Origin: Rebecca billardiae RCC1528
Lineage: Eukaryota > Protista > Haptophyta
Direction: 5' to 3'
DNA: 64,000 nt
Assembly (NCBI GenBank): GCA_965240325.2
Contig: OZ251245.1
Location: 1,054,001 to 1,118,000 of the forward strand
Under the pieces are notes generated by a model. It was not told the origin of the DNA. It was given only the letters and a program-made list of their open reading frames with translations, and searched no databases. Each line of letters opens with the position of its first letter. The first letter of the stretch is position 1. Of this stretch, positions 20,479 through 31,565 are shown one piece after another. Made by a program: the position numbers and the translations under genes.

Positions 20479-22548
20479 ATGGACGAGCCCGCGCGCAAGC
20501 TCATGCGCGAGCCCGTCGAGGACGTGGCGCTCCGGATCCTCCGCGCGTGCGCCTGGCGCGAGCGCACCCACCTGCTCTGCCTCAACCGCGCGTGGGCCGC
20601 CCTGCAGCGCAGCGCGGTGCGCGACTGGTGCCTCGAGCTCGAGGAGCGTTCGATGCTGTACGTGCCGGGGCCGCCGCCGGGGCGCCAGCGCACGCCGGCG
20701 GAGTGGCGCGAGCTGCTGCGCCAGCTGCGCGCGAGCGAGCATGTCTGGAACCCCCAGCCGCCCGCCGCCGGCGAGGCCGCGCCCGCGCGCAAGGTTCGGA
20801 TGCGCGTGTGCGCGCGCTTCCGCCCGCGCAAGCGCGGCGACGCCGCCGCCGCCGCTGATCAGAAGGCGGCGGAGGAGGCGTCGGCGGAGGCGCCGGGCAG
20901 CACGCAGCGCGTGGTGCTCCCGCTGCACCAGCGCCTCCAGCTCATCCGCGCCTCGAACAAGTGCTCCGCCTCCGAGGCGCAGCGGCTGCTCTGGGCGGGC
21001 GGCGCGGCGGGCAACGACCCGTTCTCGGCTCCAAAGGGAATGGCGGAGCTGGCGCTGTCCGACGTGACCAACGTGGAGCCCGCGGGCGCGCACGGCCCGG
21101 CCGGCCCCGCGCACAAGAAGCCCGCGCCCGCGCCCGCCGCCGACGGCTGCGCCGACGCGGCGGCCGCGCACGCCGCCGCGGCCAGCAGCACGAGCGCAGG
21201 CGTCGTGGCGCTCACCGACTCGTCCGTCGTGTTCTGCGCGCCCACGATCGGGCTGCGCGAGTTCTGCTACACGGCGGCGCTGGGCCCCGCGGCGCCGCAG
21301 CCCGCCGTGTACGAGGCCACCGTGCGCCAGCTCGTCGTCGACCTGCTCAACGGCAGCTCGGGCTGCCTGCTCGCGTTCGGGCAGACAGGCTCGGGCAAGA
21401 CCTTCTCAGTGTCGGGCGCGGACGAGGCGGCGGCGACGAGCGTCAGGTGCGGCGGCGCGGGGCTTGGGGAGCGCGCCGGGCTGGTGCCGCGCGCGCTGCG
21501 CGAGCTGCTCTCCGCGCTCTCCGCGCGCCGCGCGTCCCTCGGCATCCACTCCACCCTCCGCCTCTCGGCGGTGGAGGTCTTCGGGGACAACGTGCTCGAC
21601 CTTCTCAAGGAGGGCGAGGCGCTGGGCGCGTGGAGGGGCGTCGCGGCGCGCGCGCTCGCGAGCGGGCACGCGGACATGCCGGTGGGCTCTGCGGAGGAGG
21701 CGAGCGCGCTGCTGCTCCGCGCCGAGCGCACCAAGCGCCGCGCCGCCACGGCAATGAACGAGCACTCGTCGCGCGCGCACACGGTGCTCACGCTCACGCT
21801 CGCGCAGACGTCGGCTGACGGGCTCGAGCTCACGTCGACCCTCTGCCTCGCCGACCTCGGCGGCTCGGAGCAGCTCAAGCGCTCGGGCGCGACGGGCGAG
21901 CGGCTGCGCGAGGCGGTCAATATTAACCTCGGCCTGCTCGCGCTCAAGAGCTGCGTCACCGCGCTCACGGAGGGCCGCAGGTGCGAGCGCGCGCGCGCGC
22001 GTGCGCGCTGCGCGCGCACTCGCATGCGCGCAGGGCGCAGGCGCGCGCCGCGCGCCGCACCCCTCACTGAGACGCGCGGCGCCGCCCCGCCCGCCACGCC
22101 GTGCGCCCGCAGCCACGTGCCCTTCCACAACTCGGCGCTGACGCAGCTGCTGCGCCCGGCGCTCTCAGGCGCCGCGCAGGCGGTCGTCCTCGTGTGCGCG
22201 TCGCCCGACCCGGTCGACGCGAGCGAGACGCTCGAGGCGCTGCGCTTCGGCGAGCTGGCCGCGGTGGTGGAGGGCGAGGCGCGGCGGCACAGCCCTGCCG
22301 CGCTAATGGCGGAGACGCTGCGCGCGCTCGACGCGCGGATCGACGCGGTGCAGGCGGCGGTCGTGGCGAAGGAGCGCTGGGAGCAGCGCGTCGAGACCGT
22401 GCGCGACGAGCGCGCCGAGGGCCTCGTCGACACGGGCGTGGAGCAGAAGAAGACCTTTCGGCTGGTCGGCGCGGAGGCGGAGCGCGCCGAGCTCGAGGAG
22501 CTGCTCGCGCGCCGGCGCGAGCTCGTCGGGGATGCGGGCGAGCCGTGA
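20479..22548 (+). CDS. Kinesin motor protein with N-terminal F-box-like motif; intron 21981-22112
   Basis: MRVCARFRP, AFGQTGSGKTFS (P-loop), NEHSSRAH (switch I), DLGGSE (switch II), HVPF.NSALTQLL, ETLEALRFG, and a C-terminal coiled coil. Confidence 0.92.
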   Translation: MDEPARKLMREPVEDVALRILRACAWRERTHLLCLNRAWAALQRSAVRDWCLELEERSMLYVPGPPPGRQRTPAEWRELLRQLRASEHVWNPQPPAAGEAAPARKVRMRVCARFRPRKRGDAAAAADQKAAEEASAEAPGSTQRVVLPLHQRLQLIRASNKCSASEAQRLLWAGGAAGNDPFSAPKGMAELALSDVTNVEPAGAHGPAGPAHKKPAPAPAADGCADAAAAHAAAASSTSAGVVALTDSSVVFCAPTIGLREFCYTAALGPAAPQPAVYEATVRQLVVDLLNGSSGCLLAFGQTGSGKTFSVSGADEAAATSVRCGGAGLGERAGLVPRALRELLSALSARRASLGIHSTLRLSAVEVFGDNVLDLLKEGEALGAWRGVAARALASGHADMPVGSAEEASALLLRAERTKRRAATAMNEHSSRAHTVLTLTLAQTSADGLELTSTLCLADLGGSEQLKRSGATGERLREAVNINLGLLALKSCVTALTEGRRCERARARARCARTRMRAGRRRAPRAAPLTETRGAAPPATPCARSHVPFHNSALTQLLRPALSGAAQAVVLVCASPDPVDASETLEALRFGELAAVVEGEARRHSPAALMAETLRALDARIDAVQAAVVAKERWEQRVETVRDERAEGLVDTGVEQKKTFRLVGAEAERAELEELLARRRELVGDAGEP

Positions 22549-23015
22549 GCGGTGAGGCGGCCGCCCTCGCCCTCCGAGGGGCCGAGGGGCTTCTGCACGG
22601 CGCCTGCGCGGGCTGACGTGGGGTGGGGGGATGGCGGGCGGGCGGGGCGCGGCGCACGGGGCATGGGCCACCATGGGGTCGGTTGAGGTGCGCAACCGCA
22701 AAGTATCACGGTGCTGAATCAGACTTGAGTCGGTACAGTTATTACTTGCACTCATGCACTGTACAGCAAAATACCGCAAGGGGTACCGTTGACGGAGCTT
22801 GATACAGAAACAAGTCGTAGAATGTCGTGCAGATTGAACGAGAAGCGGAAGAAAGTCCGCAGCTGTGATTCCCTCTGTGCGCGCATCTATCAACCGCAAC
22901 CCGAAGACCTCCACTTCATCTCGCGGTGGAGAGGACGTCGTCTGGGACGTGATCTTGTCGCGAATCACCCAGCAAGAGTTCACGGCCGTCGCTGGCGCGT
23001 CACTGGCGGCGGGGC

Positions 23016-26000
23016 ATGATGGCCCGCATGCCCGCGCTGCGGGTGGCGAAGCGCTCGGTGCACCCCCAGCCGACGCCCGTACGCCCCTCGCGCTTCTCCT
23101 CCGTCGGCACCACCGCGGACGTGCGCTGGTACGGCGAGTTTGCGCGCGCCGACCTCGAGGAGCGGTACATCCGCGAGGAGGTGGCGCCAATCCTACCCAG
23201 GCGGTGCACGGCGATGGCGCTGGTGTTCTGCATCCTCATGATCGTGTACATCCCGATCGAGCTGGCCACCTCGGTGCACGCCAACATCGAGAGCCGCGTC
23301 TTCATGTCGGTCGCGTGCGTCTTCTGGGCGGTGCTGCTGCTGGCCGCGCGCGCCGCCGCGCGCGGGCGCTTGGCGATCTGGAAGCTCGAGTGGCTCTTCG
23401 CCGTGCTGTATGGGTGCATCTCGAGTGGCACGCTCCTCGGCTACGGCGGCCTGCTCGGCTGGCTCGACGCCGAGCGGGGCACGCTCGCCACGGTGCTGAT
23501 CGGCGACTTTTGGAACAACTTCCTGCAGCAGCAGTGCGTGCTCATGCTGATCGTGATCGTCACGCCGCTGCGCGCGCGCGTGTTCGCGCTGATGCTCGGC
23601 CCGTTCGTGTGCGCGGTGCTCGTCACGCGCGTCCACGCCGCGCTCAGCTGCGAGGCGCGCGCCGACTGCCCCGAGGGCGAGTCCCACTGGATCGGCACGG
23701 CCATCACCTCGCTCGAGGTGGTCCTCTTCTCCGCGCTCACGCTCACCGTCTGCGGCACGCTCAACGCGACGAGGCGGCACGCGCACGACTTCTACCGGAG
23801 CGTCGAGGCGGCGGCGGCGGAGCGCGCCGCGCGGGTCGAGCAGAGCACCGAGGTCGAGCGCGAGAGGGCGCTCGCCGCCGCCGAGCGCGAGAAGGCGGAC
23901 GCCGCCTCGCAGGCGCGCTCGCGGCTCATCCGCGTCGTCATGCACGACCTGCGCAGCCCGCTGCTCTCGGTGGTGAGCTCGGTGGACAAGCTGAAGCGCT
24001 CGGCGCCTCGCGCCGTCGGGGCGGAGTCGGAGGGCGTGCAGCAGGCCTTGACGACGCTCACGACGTGCTCCCGGATGATGGAGGACATCGTGCGCGCGCG
24101 CGCCCCTGCGGCGCCCCGCCTGCTGCTGCCGCGCTCTGTCCCGCGCTGTCGTGCGCGCGCGCGCGTCGGGCTGACCTCCGCGCGTGCTCCCGCGGGCACG
24201 CGCGCGCACGCCCCGCCCGCGCACCTTCCAACCCCCCCACGCCGCGTGCGCGCACAGATCCAGGACATGCTCGACTTCGAGCGGATCTCGAGCGGCCGTC
24301 TCAAGATTGTGCGCGAGTCGTTCATGCTCGCGCAGCTCGTCGACCGAGCGCGCGAGGCGTTCAGCGCGCTGGCGGAGGCGAAGGGCGTGCGGCTGAGCTC
24401 GCACGTGGAGCTGCCGCTGCTCGAGCGCGTGCTCGTGGGCGACGCGCGCCGGCTGCAGCAGTGCGTCAACAAGCTCTGCTCCAACGCGCTCAAGTTCACA
24501 GAGCGCGGCGGCACAGTGAAGATTCTCGCGTCCGCCCAAGCGGGCGGCGGGGACGGTGCGTCTAACGCGGACTCGTGCGCGAGCAACGGCAGTGGGCACT
24601 CCTCGCTGGGCTGCGCCGTGCAAGGGCCCCCGTCCGGCAACGGCCGCTACTCCGCGTCGTCCCACCCGCACTACGCCCCTTCCACCGCGTTGCCCACCGC
24701 CTCGTCCTCGCTGGTGCGCGTGAGCCTGCGCGTCGTGGACAGCGGCGTCGGGCTGAGCGCCGAGCAGATTGCTGCGCTGCACGGCGCGGAGCTCTTCACG
24801 CAGGTGGGGCAGGGGCAGCTGCAGGTGCGCGCAGCGGCGGCGTGCGCCTTGCCAGCGCGCTCCCTGCCGCGCGCCCCACTGGCGGGTGCGGGCCCTGGGG
24901 GTCGAGCGGCGCGCATGGCCACGCCGGCGCAGCCCGACCACGCGCGAGCGCGCCGCCGCCGCGCGCCCGTCGCGACCGCTCACCCGCCCGCCGCCGCCCG
25001 CCCGCTGCGTCCGCCCTGCGCCTCAGGGCTCCGGCGGCTCGGGTCTGGGGCTGATCATCACGCGGCAGCTGCTGCAGCTGCACGACGGCTCCGAGCTGCG
25101 GCTGCACTCCGACGGGCCCAACCGCGGCACCACCGCGGAGCTCGCGCTCAACCTGCGCCAGCCCGAAGCGTCCAGCTCGCCGCTGCGCCGCCGCCGCTTC
25201 CTCGAGGACGCGTCCGCTCGGAGGCGGCAGCTGTCCGGGGTGCTCACGCAGCTGCCGCCGGACTTTGCGCTGGTGCTGGTGGACGACGACGAGTCGCTGC
25301 GCCAGAGCCTGCCGCCGCGCCTCTTCGGCCCGCTCCCCTTCGAGACGTGCGCAGGCGGCGACGAGCTGCTGGCGCGCCTCGTCGACAGGCAGCGCGCCGC
25401 GCCCGCGCTGATCGTGATCGATTCGTACATGCCGCGGCTCTCGGGCGCGCAGAGCGTGCGGCTGCTGAGGGAGGCGGGGTTCACGGGGAAGGTGATCGGC
25501 CTCTCGACCGACCCGCCCGAGAGCCCCGAGCGGCTCGAGCTCGAGGCCGCGGGGTGCAACGCCGTGATGACCAAGGACGCGCGCGGGCTCGAGGCCGTCG
25601 CCGCGCTCGTGCACGCGTTCACTCTCGACCTGGTGTACGCCAACTGGGGCGTGCTGGGCCCGGACGGCGCGGGCGCGGTGGGCGAGATGTGCGTGCAGTC
25701 GCTCCGCACGTCCGTCGACTCGCTCTACCTCGGCACCAAGCCCGCGGCCCGGGCGCCCGAGGCTCAGCGCCAGCACACGCCGCCGCCCCGGCCGCCACGC
25801 GCGTCGCTGCCGCCGCCGGCCGCGGGCGCGCCCGCCGCCTCCGCGGGCGCTGCCACGCACGGCTCGGCCGCCGAGCACTCCGTGCCAGCGCCCGCGGCAC
25901 CCGTCGGCGCCGCCGCCGCGGCGGAGGCCGAGGGCGCGCGCTGCCTGTACGCGGAGGATGACCCGTTCCTGCAGCTGGCGATGGCGGACCAGCTGTTCGG

Positions 26001-26580
26001 CGCGATCGGCGCGCCGTACGACCTGGCGGAGAACGGCGCGGAGGCGCTCGAGCGCGTGCGGAGCGCGGCCGCGCCGTACGACGTGATCGTGCTGGACAAC
26101 CAGATGCCCAAGCTCACGGGGCAGCAGGTGGTCGAGCAGCTGCGCGCGGCGGGCTGCCAGGCGGCCATCATCGGGCTGACCGGCGACCCCAAGGGCTCGG
26201 ACGACCGCGAGGCGTTCGAGGCGGCGGGTCTCGACCTGTGCGCGGACAAGTCGAGCGCTGGCGTCGCGCAGATCACCAGCTTCATCCGCACCGTGCTCGC
26301 CGCACGCGCCGCTCCGCGCGCCGGCCCTTTGGTATGCGCGGCGCGCGCGGCTGCCGACAAGCCACCGGCCGCGTCGCCACAGTCGAGCTCGAGCGAGACG
26401 CGGATCTATGTCGGCGACGAGCACGAGGAAGATGACGCCGATGAGGAGGCTGCTGGTCGTGGGCCCGATGCCGTGCGGCGTCTGAAGCCTGCCGGCTCGA
26501 CAACGCGTGTGCCCACGACACCGACGCACGCACGAGTCGTCGGCGCGCGCCTCGACTGGGGCCCGGTTGACGATGTCTGA
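23016..26580 (+). CDS. Membrane-bound hybrid histidine kinase with two receiver domains; introns 24090-24257 and 24825-25026
   Basis: Multi-TM N-terminus; H-box MHDLRSPL; N-box SNALKFT; G1 DSGVG; G2 GSGLGL; REC1 VDDD...IDSYMP; REC2 AEDD...LDNQMP. Confidence 0.92.
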
Positions 26581-26728
26581 CTAGACTGTCTGAGCGAGCC
26601 TGACGCGGCGTCTGCGTGACAGTAGAGCCGCCACCGGTGATGAGTGACATTCCAATAGAGCTCGTCAATTCGACTACAATTTCAGCGACGAAAATCGTCA
26701 TTGCTTCGGCCATCGGGGACGCACCAGG

Positions 26729-29044
26729 ATGGCGGCCGCCTCGGCCGGCCGTGAAGAAGAGGACACATTGACATTTGTCCTCTTCTGCTCGGGCGCGCTC
26801 GACGCGAAGACGCTTCGACCGGAGCTCGACAGCACGCAGTGGTGGGGCCGACGCGACGCCCTCGTCCGCTGCACCAGCGTCCTGTGGGAGGCCCCCGTAG
26901 TCCGGGAGGTCGTGCTGCTGCATGCAGACGACAACGCGCTGCTGCGCACGTGCGCGGCCGCGGCGGGCGCGATCCCCGCGCCGACGGAGCGGCGGCTCAT
27001 CAGCGCCTGGCGGGATGTGGCGGAGGGCACCAGCGTGCCCGGCGTGAGCTGCGAGCGCGGCGCGTGGCGAGCAGCTCGCCTCGCGGCGCCGGTCGACGCC
27101 AGCGGCGGCGCTGCTGCCAACGGCGGCGGTGACGGCGCCGAACCTTCGGGCGCCTCCGAGCTCGAGCAGCTGGACAAGCGCGAGATCCTGGCCTTCTTGC
27201 ACGCCAACTGCGACGCCGCCTTCCTCCGCGCGCACGCGCTCAACAGCCCGGCACCCGTCGTGCTGAGGCGGTGCAACAAGGCCGCGCTGTTGAGGGCACA
27301 CGCCGCGTGGCGCGCGGCGCAGGCGCCGAGTCGTGCGAGCGCGCGCGCCGAGCCGCGCGGCGCGGAGGGCAGCGCGCCGAGCGAGCTGCAGCTCACGCTC
27401 GAGCACGTGCTGCGCGCCGCCCGCCCGCCGCCCGGCGCGGAGCCCGGGCGCGCGTGCGTGCAGCGCTGCGCCGCCCTGCTGTTGCACGAGGACTACGAGT
27501 GTGAGCTGCCGTGCTTTGGGCGCACGGAGGCCCCGGAGCGACCGGCTGAGCAGCTGCGGGGCGGCGGTGGCGGCGGCGGCGGTTCAGGCGTGCCTGGTCG
27601 CGCGGGGCGCGCGGGGCATACGGGCCGGAAGCGAGTGCGAGACGCCGACGGCGGCGCAGCGGCGGCCCCTGCGCAGCCGCACGCCGATGATGGCGCCGGC
27701 CGCGCGCGCGCGCAGGGCGGGCTGCATCTGTTGGTGTGCCTCGGCGCCGTGCGAGACATGAGCGCCGCAGAGGAGGCGGCGGTCGCGCGCGCGTGCGCGC
27801 GCGTCGCCGTGCCGTGCGCCGCGGCCAACCTCGGCCGCACGGCCGAGTTCACGAGTAAGATCATGGCGGCGATGGCGGCGCACGCGACGGCGGGCGTGCT
27901 GGGCCCGGCGGTGCGCGCGCTGCTCAGGAGCGCGGCCGGCGGCGGGCTCGGCGCGCGCCCACCCAACAAGCTGCCGCCCAGGCCGCCGCTGCCGCCGCCG
28001 GCCACCGCGGCGCCCGCGCCGCAGCCGCCGCAGCCGCCCGCGCGAATCCATCTGCTCGCTGGCGTCCGCTTCGGCAGCGCCGAGCTCAGCGAGGACCCGG
28101 GCGCCCGAGAGCGGATGCTGCCGCTGCTTCGCCTGGTCGTGAACGCGCTGTGGCGCTCACGGCTCGGCGCCGCCGCCGAGCCGGAGCCGTGCGCGGCCGG
28201 CGCTGAGGCGGAGGGCGTGGCCGCGGCGCGGGCTCAGCAGGGGCCTGCCGCGCGGGCGCCCACAGGCACGGGCTCGCCCTGCCTGCCCGAGATGGCGCTC
28301 ACGCTCTGCTTCGCCGACGGTGCCGTTCTCTCCCTCCGTCAGGCTGAGCTCGTGCGCGCGCTTGCGCACGCACACCAGGCCGCGCCGTCGGAGTGGCAGC
28401 TGCTGCGCGCGCTGTGCGCGCAGCGCGACGAGGCGGCCGCGTCCGGCGGCGGCGGCGGCGGCGCGGCGCAGGGGAAGGGGAAGCGCGCGCGCGCGCTGGC
28501 GGGCGCGCTCGCGGCGGCGCGGCTGCACGCGAGCAGCGCGCCGCTGGTGCTCGAGCTCAGCGCCGACGCCGACGCGCCCGCGCTCGCGCCGCGCGCGTAC
28601 CAGCAGCCGTGCGCGTGCGAGCGGCGCGGCGCGTCCGCACACCACGGCGCGGCCACCGTGTCGTCCGGACGTGCACAGCAGGCGCACGCCGACGTGGCGA
28701 CCGCGTTCGAGCTCATCGTGCGCTGCCCGGAGGTGGGGCAGGCCCCCTCGGCCGGCGCGCCCGCGCGGCAGGCGCTCTCAGACCGCAGGTGGGAGGATGC
28801 CTTGCGCGTCGCACTGCCTGCCGCTGTGCCGCGCGCACGAGCCTGCCTCTGGCGGCGCGGCCCCGCGCAGCACTCTCGGCAGCAGCAGCACACGCCGCCG
28901 CCCCCCTCGCCCTCCGCCGCCCTGTGCGCGGCTGTGCTGCAGCACTTCCAGTACCACGGCAGGCTCGAGGCGCCAGTGCGGGCGCTCTGCCGGCGAGCCA
29001 CACGGGCCGCTGCGGCGGTGGCAGACGGCGGCAGGACTTCGTGA
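26729..29044 (+). CDS. Putative SPOUT methyltransferase, TrmY-like, with a duplicated domain
   Basis: GRRDALVRC, PTERRL, PGVS, LLHED, VCLGAVRDMSAAEE and ANLG occur in the same order as the TrmY motifs (GRLD.LCRC, PDER, PGV, LHEDG, FVLGDH.G...EE, ISLG). The second half repeats LRLVVNALW.S...LTLCFADG...APSE. Confidence 0.6.
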   Translation: MAAASAGREEEDTLTFVLFCSGALDAKTLRPELDSTQWWGRRDALVRCTSVLWEAPVVREVVLLHADDNALLRTCAAAAGAIPAPTERRLISAWRDVAEGTSVPGVSCERGAWRAARLAAPVDASGGAAANGGGDGAEPSGASELEQLDKREILAFLHANCDAAFLRAHALNSPAPVVLRRCNKAALLRAHAAWRAAQAPSRASARAEPRGAEGSAPSELQLTLEHVLRAARPPPGAEPGRACVQRCAALLLHEDYECELPCFGRTEAPERPAEQLRGGGGGGGGSGVPGRAGRAGHTGRKRVRDADGGAAAAPAQPHADDGAGRARAQGGLHLLVCLGAVRDMSAAEEAAVARACARVAVPCAAANLGRTAEFTSKIMAAMAAHATAGVLGPAVRALLRSAAGGGLGARPPNKLPPRPPLPPPATAAPAPQPPQPPARIHLLAGVRFGSAELSEDPGARERMLPLLRLVVNALWRSRLGAAAEPEPCAAGAEAEGVAAARAQQGPAARAPTGTGSPCLPEMALTLCFADGAVLSLRQAELVRALAHAHQAAPSEWQLLRALCAQRDEAAASGGGGGGAAQGKGKRARALAGALAAARLHASSAPLVLELSADADAPALAPRAYQQPCACERRGASAHHGAATVSSGRAQQAHADVATAFELIVRCPEVGQAPSAGAPARQALSDRRWEDALRVALPAAVPRARACLWRRGPAQHSRQQQHTPPPPSPSAALCAAVLQHFQYHGRLEAPVRALCRRATRAAAAVADGGRTS

Positions 29045-29157
29045 TTGATGGGCGTGCCGCACTACCATGCTCCGCGTCAGGCGCGCGCATACCGTTGGCG
29101 TTCGGTCTGCGCGGTCGAGCGCGTAGTTGTCAGCGGCGCGCGGCCCGACGCCACTAA

Positions 29158-31565
29158 TGGCCCGCGGTGCAGGGCGGAGCGCGTAGCGTGGAGCCCCGCC
29201 GGGGGCCCTCACTACGTTGTCAAAAAGATCTTATTTGATCAAAGAAAAGGGGATGGGGAACGATTTTGAGGGCTGTTGGAGGGCCGGCGGTGAGTTTTCG
29301 ATTTTTCGAGGGGTACGTTGGCCCATAGTGCTCTGCATTAGCAACTACGCGCTTGACGAAATAAGCGCGCCCACGCCATTCCGCATAAGTCGATGGACGG
29401 ACGTGGGATCAGATACCCCGGGGGTGAAACAAGTGAGTATTTTTGTCCTTCTTGTATGCTGGAGTACGAGTTTGCCGAGCGACGTTTGATTGTTTTGGGT
29501 CGAAAACAGCTATGAGGCCAGATTCTTTTGAATAGCGCTTGCGAAAAGAAGTTACCCGCCTGTCTCGATGGATGAACCGCCTCATGGTATTGAAGAGATT
29601 CTTTTGAATAGCGCTTTTAAACCAAGTTACCCACCTGTCTCGTTGGATGAACCTCCTCATCATATTGAAGAGATTCTTTTGAATAGCGCTATTTAAAGCC
29701 AGTTACCCGCTTGCCTCGATGGATGAACCGCCTTGATAATATTGAAAGATATTCTTTTGAATAGCGCTTGTCACAACCAAGTTACCCGCCTGTCAGCTGT
29801 CTCGTGCTCGCGAGCGGCGCGACGACATCGGCCCGAGCGAGGATGCCGCCGCTTCAAAGGCGCGCACCGAGTGCGTGCGCGACGGGTGCCGGCCGGCCGC
29901 TGGTCTCGACCTATCGCCCTCGGCCCTCCCCGAGCGCGCCTGCAGGTACCTCCGGACGCGCATTCGGCTTGCTCACTACTCGATCAGCTCACTACTCACA
30001 GCTGCCGGTCACGCAGCCGCGCGGCGGCCCCGCGACCACTCGGACCAGGTCCGCGGCCCAAAGTGACAAGTGTGTGTGCGCGCCGCGCCGGTGCCCTCGC
30101 GCCGGTGGCGTGGGCTGGCTGGCCGCTGGTCTCGCCCACGCGCCCCACTCGCCCCAAGCGCGCAACGCCTGCGGGAAGCGCCGGCACCATACCTACCTAA
30201 CTAACCTGCGCGTCGACGCCCGTCCCGCCGCGGCCCGCGCCTCGATCGATCGTCGATCGGACCGCGTGCGTGCGACTCCGTCCGCGCCCGCGCGCAGGGT
30301 GGGAGGGGCTGATGCAGGAGCAGATGCAGGACTACCTCGAAATTGCACGCGACGAGGAGGTGCCCAGCGCGCACTTTACGCTGCGCGCATCACTCGAGTG
30401 GTCGCCCAGCGAGCGCGGCAGCTGGCCACCGGGCCGGCTGACGGCGGGCGCAGCTGCCAGCTGCGGACGCGCAGCGGGCGCGGAGTGGAAGCCGGCGCAG
30501 CGGCCGGGCAGCGGCGGCCGGCGCGGCAGCACGCTCGTATACATCGCGGCAGCTACCGGCCGCCGTCGTGCGGGGAAAGCACACGCTCTCCGCGGCGGCT
30601 TCCAAGATGCCGACGGGCCACGGCGTGCACTCCCGACTCCGTGCAGGCTGCGTGCGCGCTGCAGTGGCTGTGTCGAGCTGCTGCGGCGTGTGCTCGAGGC
30701 GCGGCGCTCGCACGGGCTACGCGGGCGCAGCGGGTGCGCGCAGCTGGCGCACGCAGCATGCCACGTCCTGCGGCGCCAGTTTGACGGCCGTCCGCCCCCC
30801 CGAGCTCGAGTTCTGCGCGCTTTGCGACGGCGCGGCCGGCAGCGCCCATCTGCCTGCTTGCTTGGGCACGCCAGCATGTCCGCCGCCGGGCCTGCTGCGC
30901 GCGCCGAAGCTGGAGGGCGGAGGAGGGCGCTGGGCTGCTCCTACGGCGTGCTGCAGCCCGGGCAGGCTCTACCGCGGCGCGGCGAGGCCGTCGCGCCTGC
31001 TCGCCGCCGTCGAGTCGCCCGTGCTGCGTGACCCTCGGCCACACGTGCTCGCTCGGCGGCACCGCAGCAGGCGTCCCATACCAGTATACTCGAGCCGCTG
31101 TGCGCACCCAAGGCGCGAGCTGCTCGAGCGGGCCAGGTGGGCCCAGGGGGTGCGTGCAGCTGGCACACGCAGCCCCGGCCCGTGTCATGGGGTGTCGGTT
31201 TGACGGTCGCCAGCCCCTGTGGGCTCGAGCGCTGTGCGCTTCACCACGGAGGTGCTGGCAGCGCCCCGCGGCGCGCAACGGCGGGGCAGCATGGCCGCCG
31301 CCGGCGCCGCCGCACATGCCGCCGCTTACGGGCAGTCGAGAGCTTGGGGCAGCACCTACGGCGCATGCTGCAGCTCGGGGCGGGCTCTGCCAGCCTGCTG
31401 TGGCGTGATCGCGCATTTTCCAGACCGTCGACTCGCCCGCGCTGCATAATATTCCATTATTCGTTTGCCGCGCGTGCTCGACGGCGCTCCGCGCTGCTGC
31501 TGCCGCTACGGCCGCGCGTTGGACGGACAGCATATGCCGACGGAGTCAGGTGCACCGCGGGCCCC
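29158..31565. mobile_element. Possible non-autonomous TIR element (PIF/Harbinger-like signature)
   Basis: 13-bp perfect IR GGCCCGCGGTGCA (29159-29171 / 31551-31563), TAA just outside both ends, gene-free interior with a minisatellite and a diverged internal duplication. Confidence 0.35.
29521..29795. repeat. AT-rich minisatellite, ~76-bp unit, ~3.6 copies
   Basis: ATTCTTTTGAATAGCGCT...AGTTACCCGCCTGTCTCGATGGATGAACC... recurs at 29521, 29597, 29672 and ~29750. Confidence 0.92.

Noticed and set aside
29521-29795. CRISPR array
   Set aside because: The units are homologous along their whole length with no unique 25-40-bp spacers, no cas genes are present, and the context is eukaryotic. It is a minisatellite.
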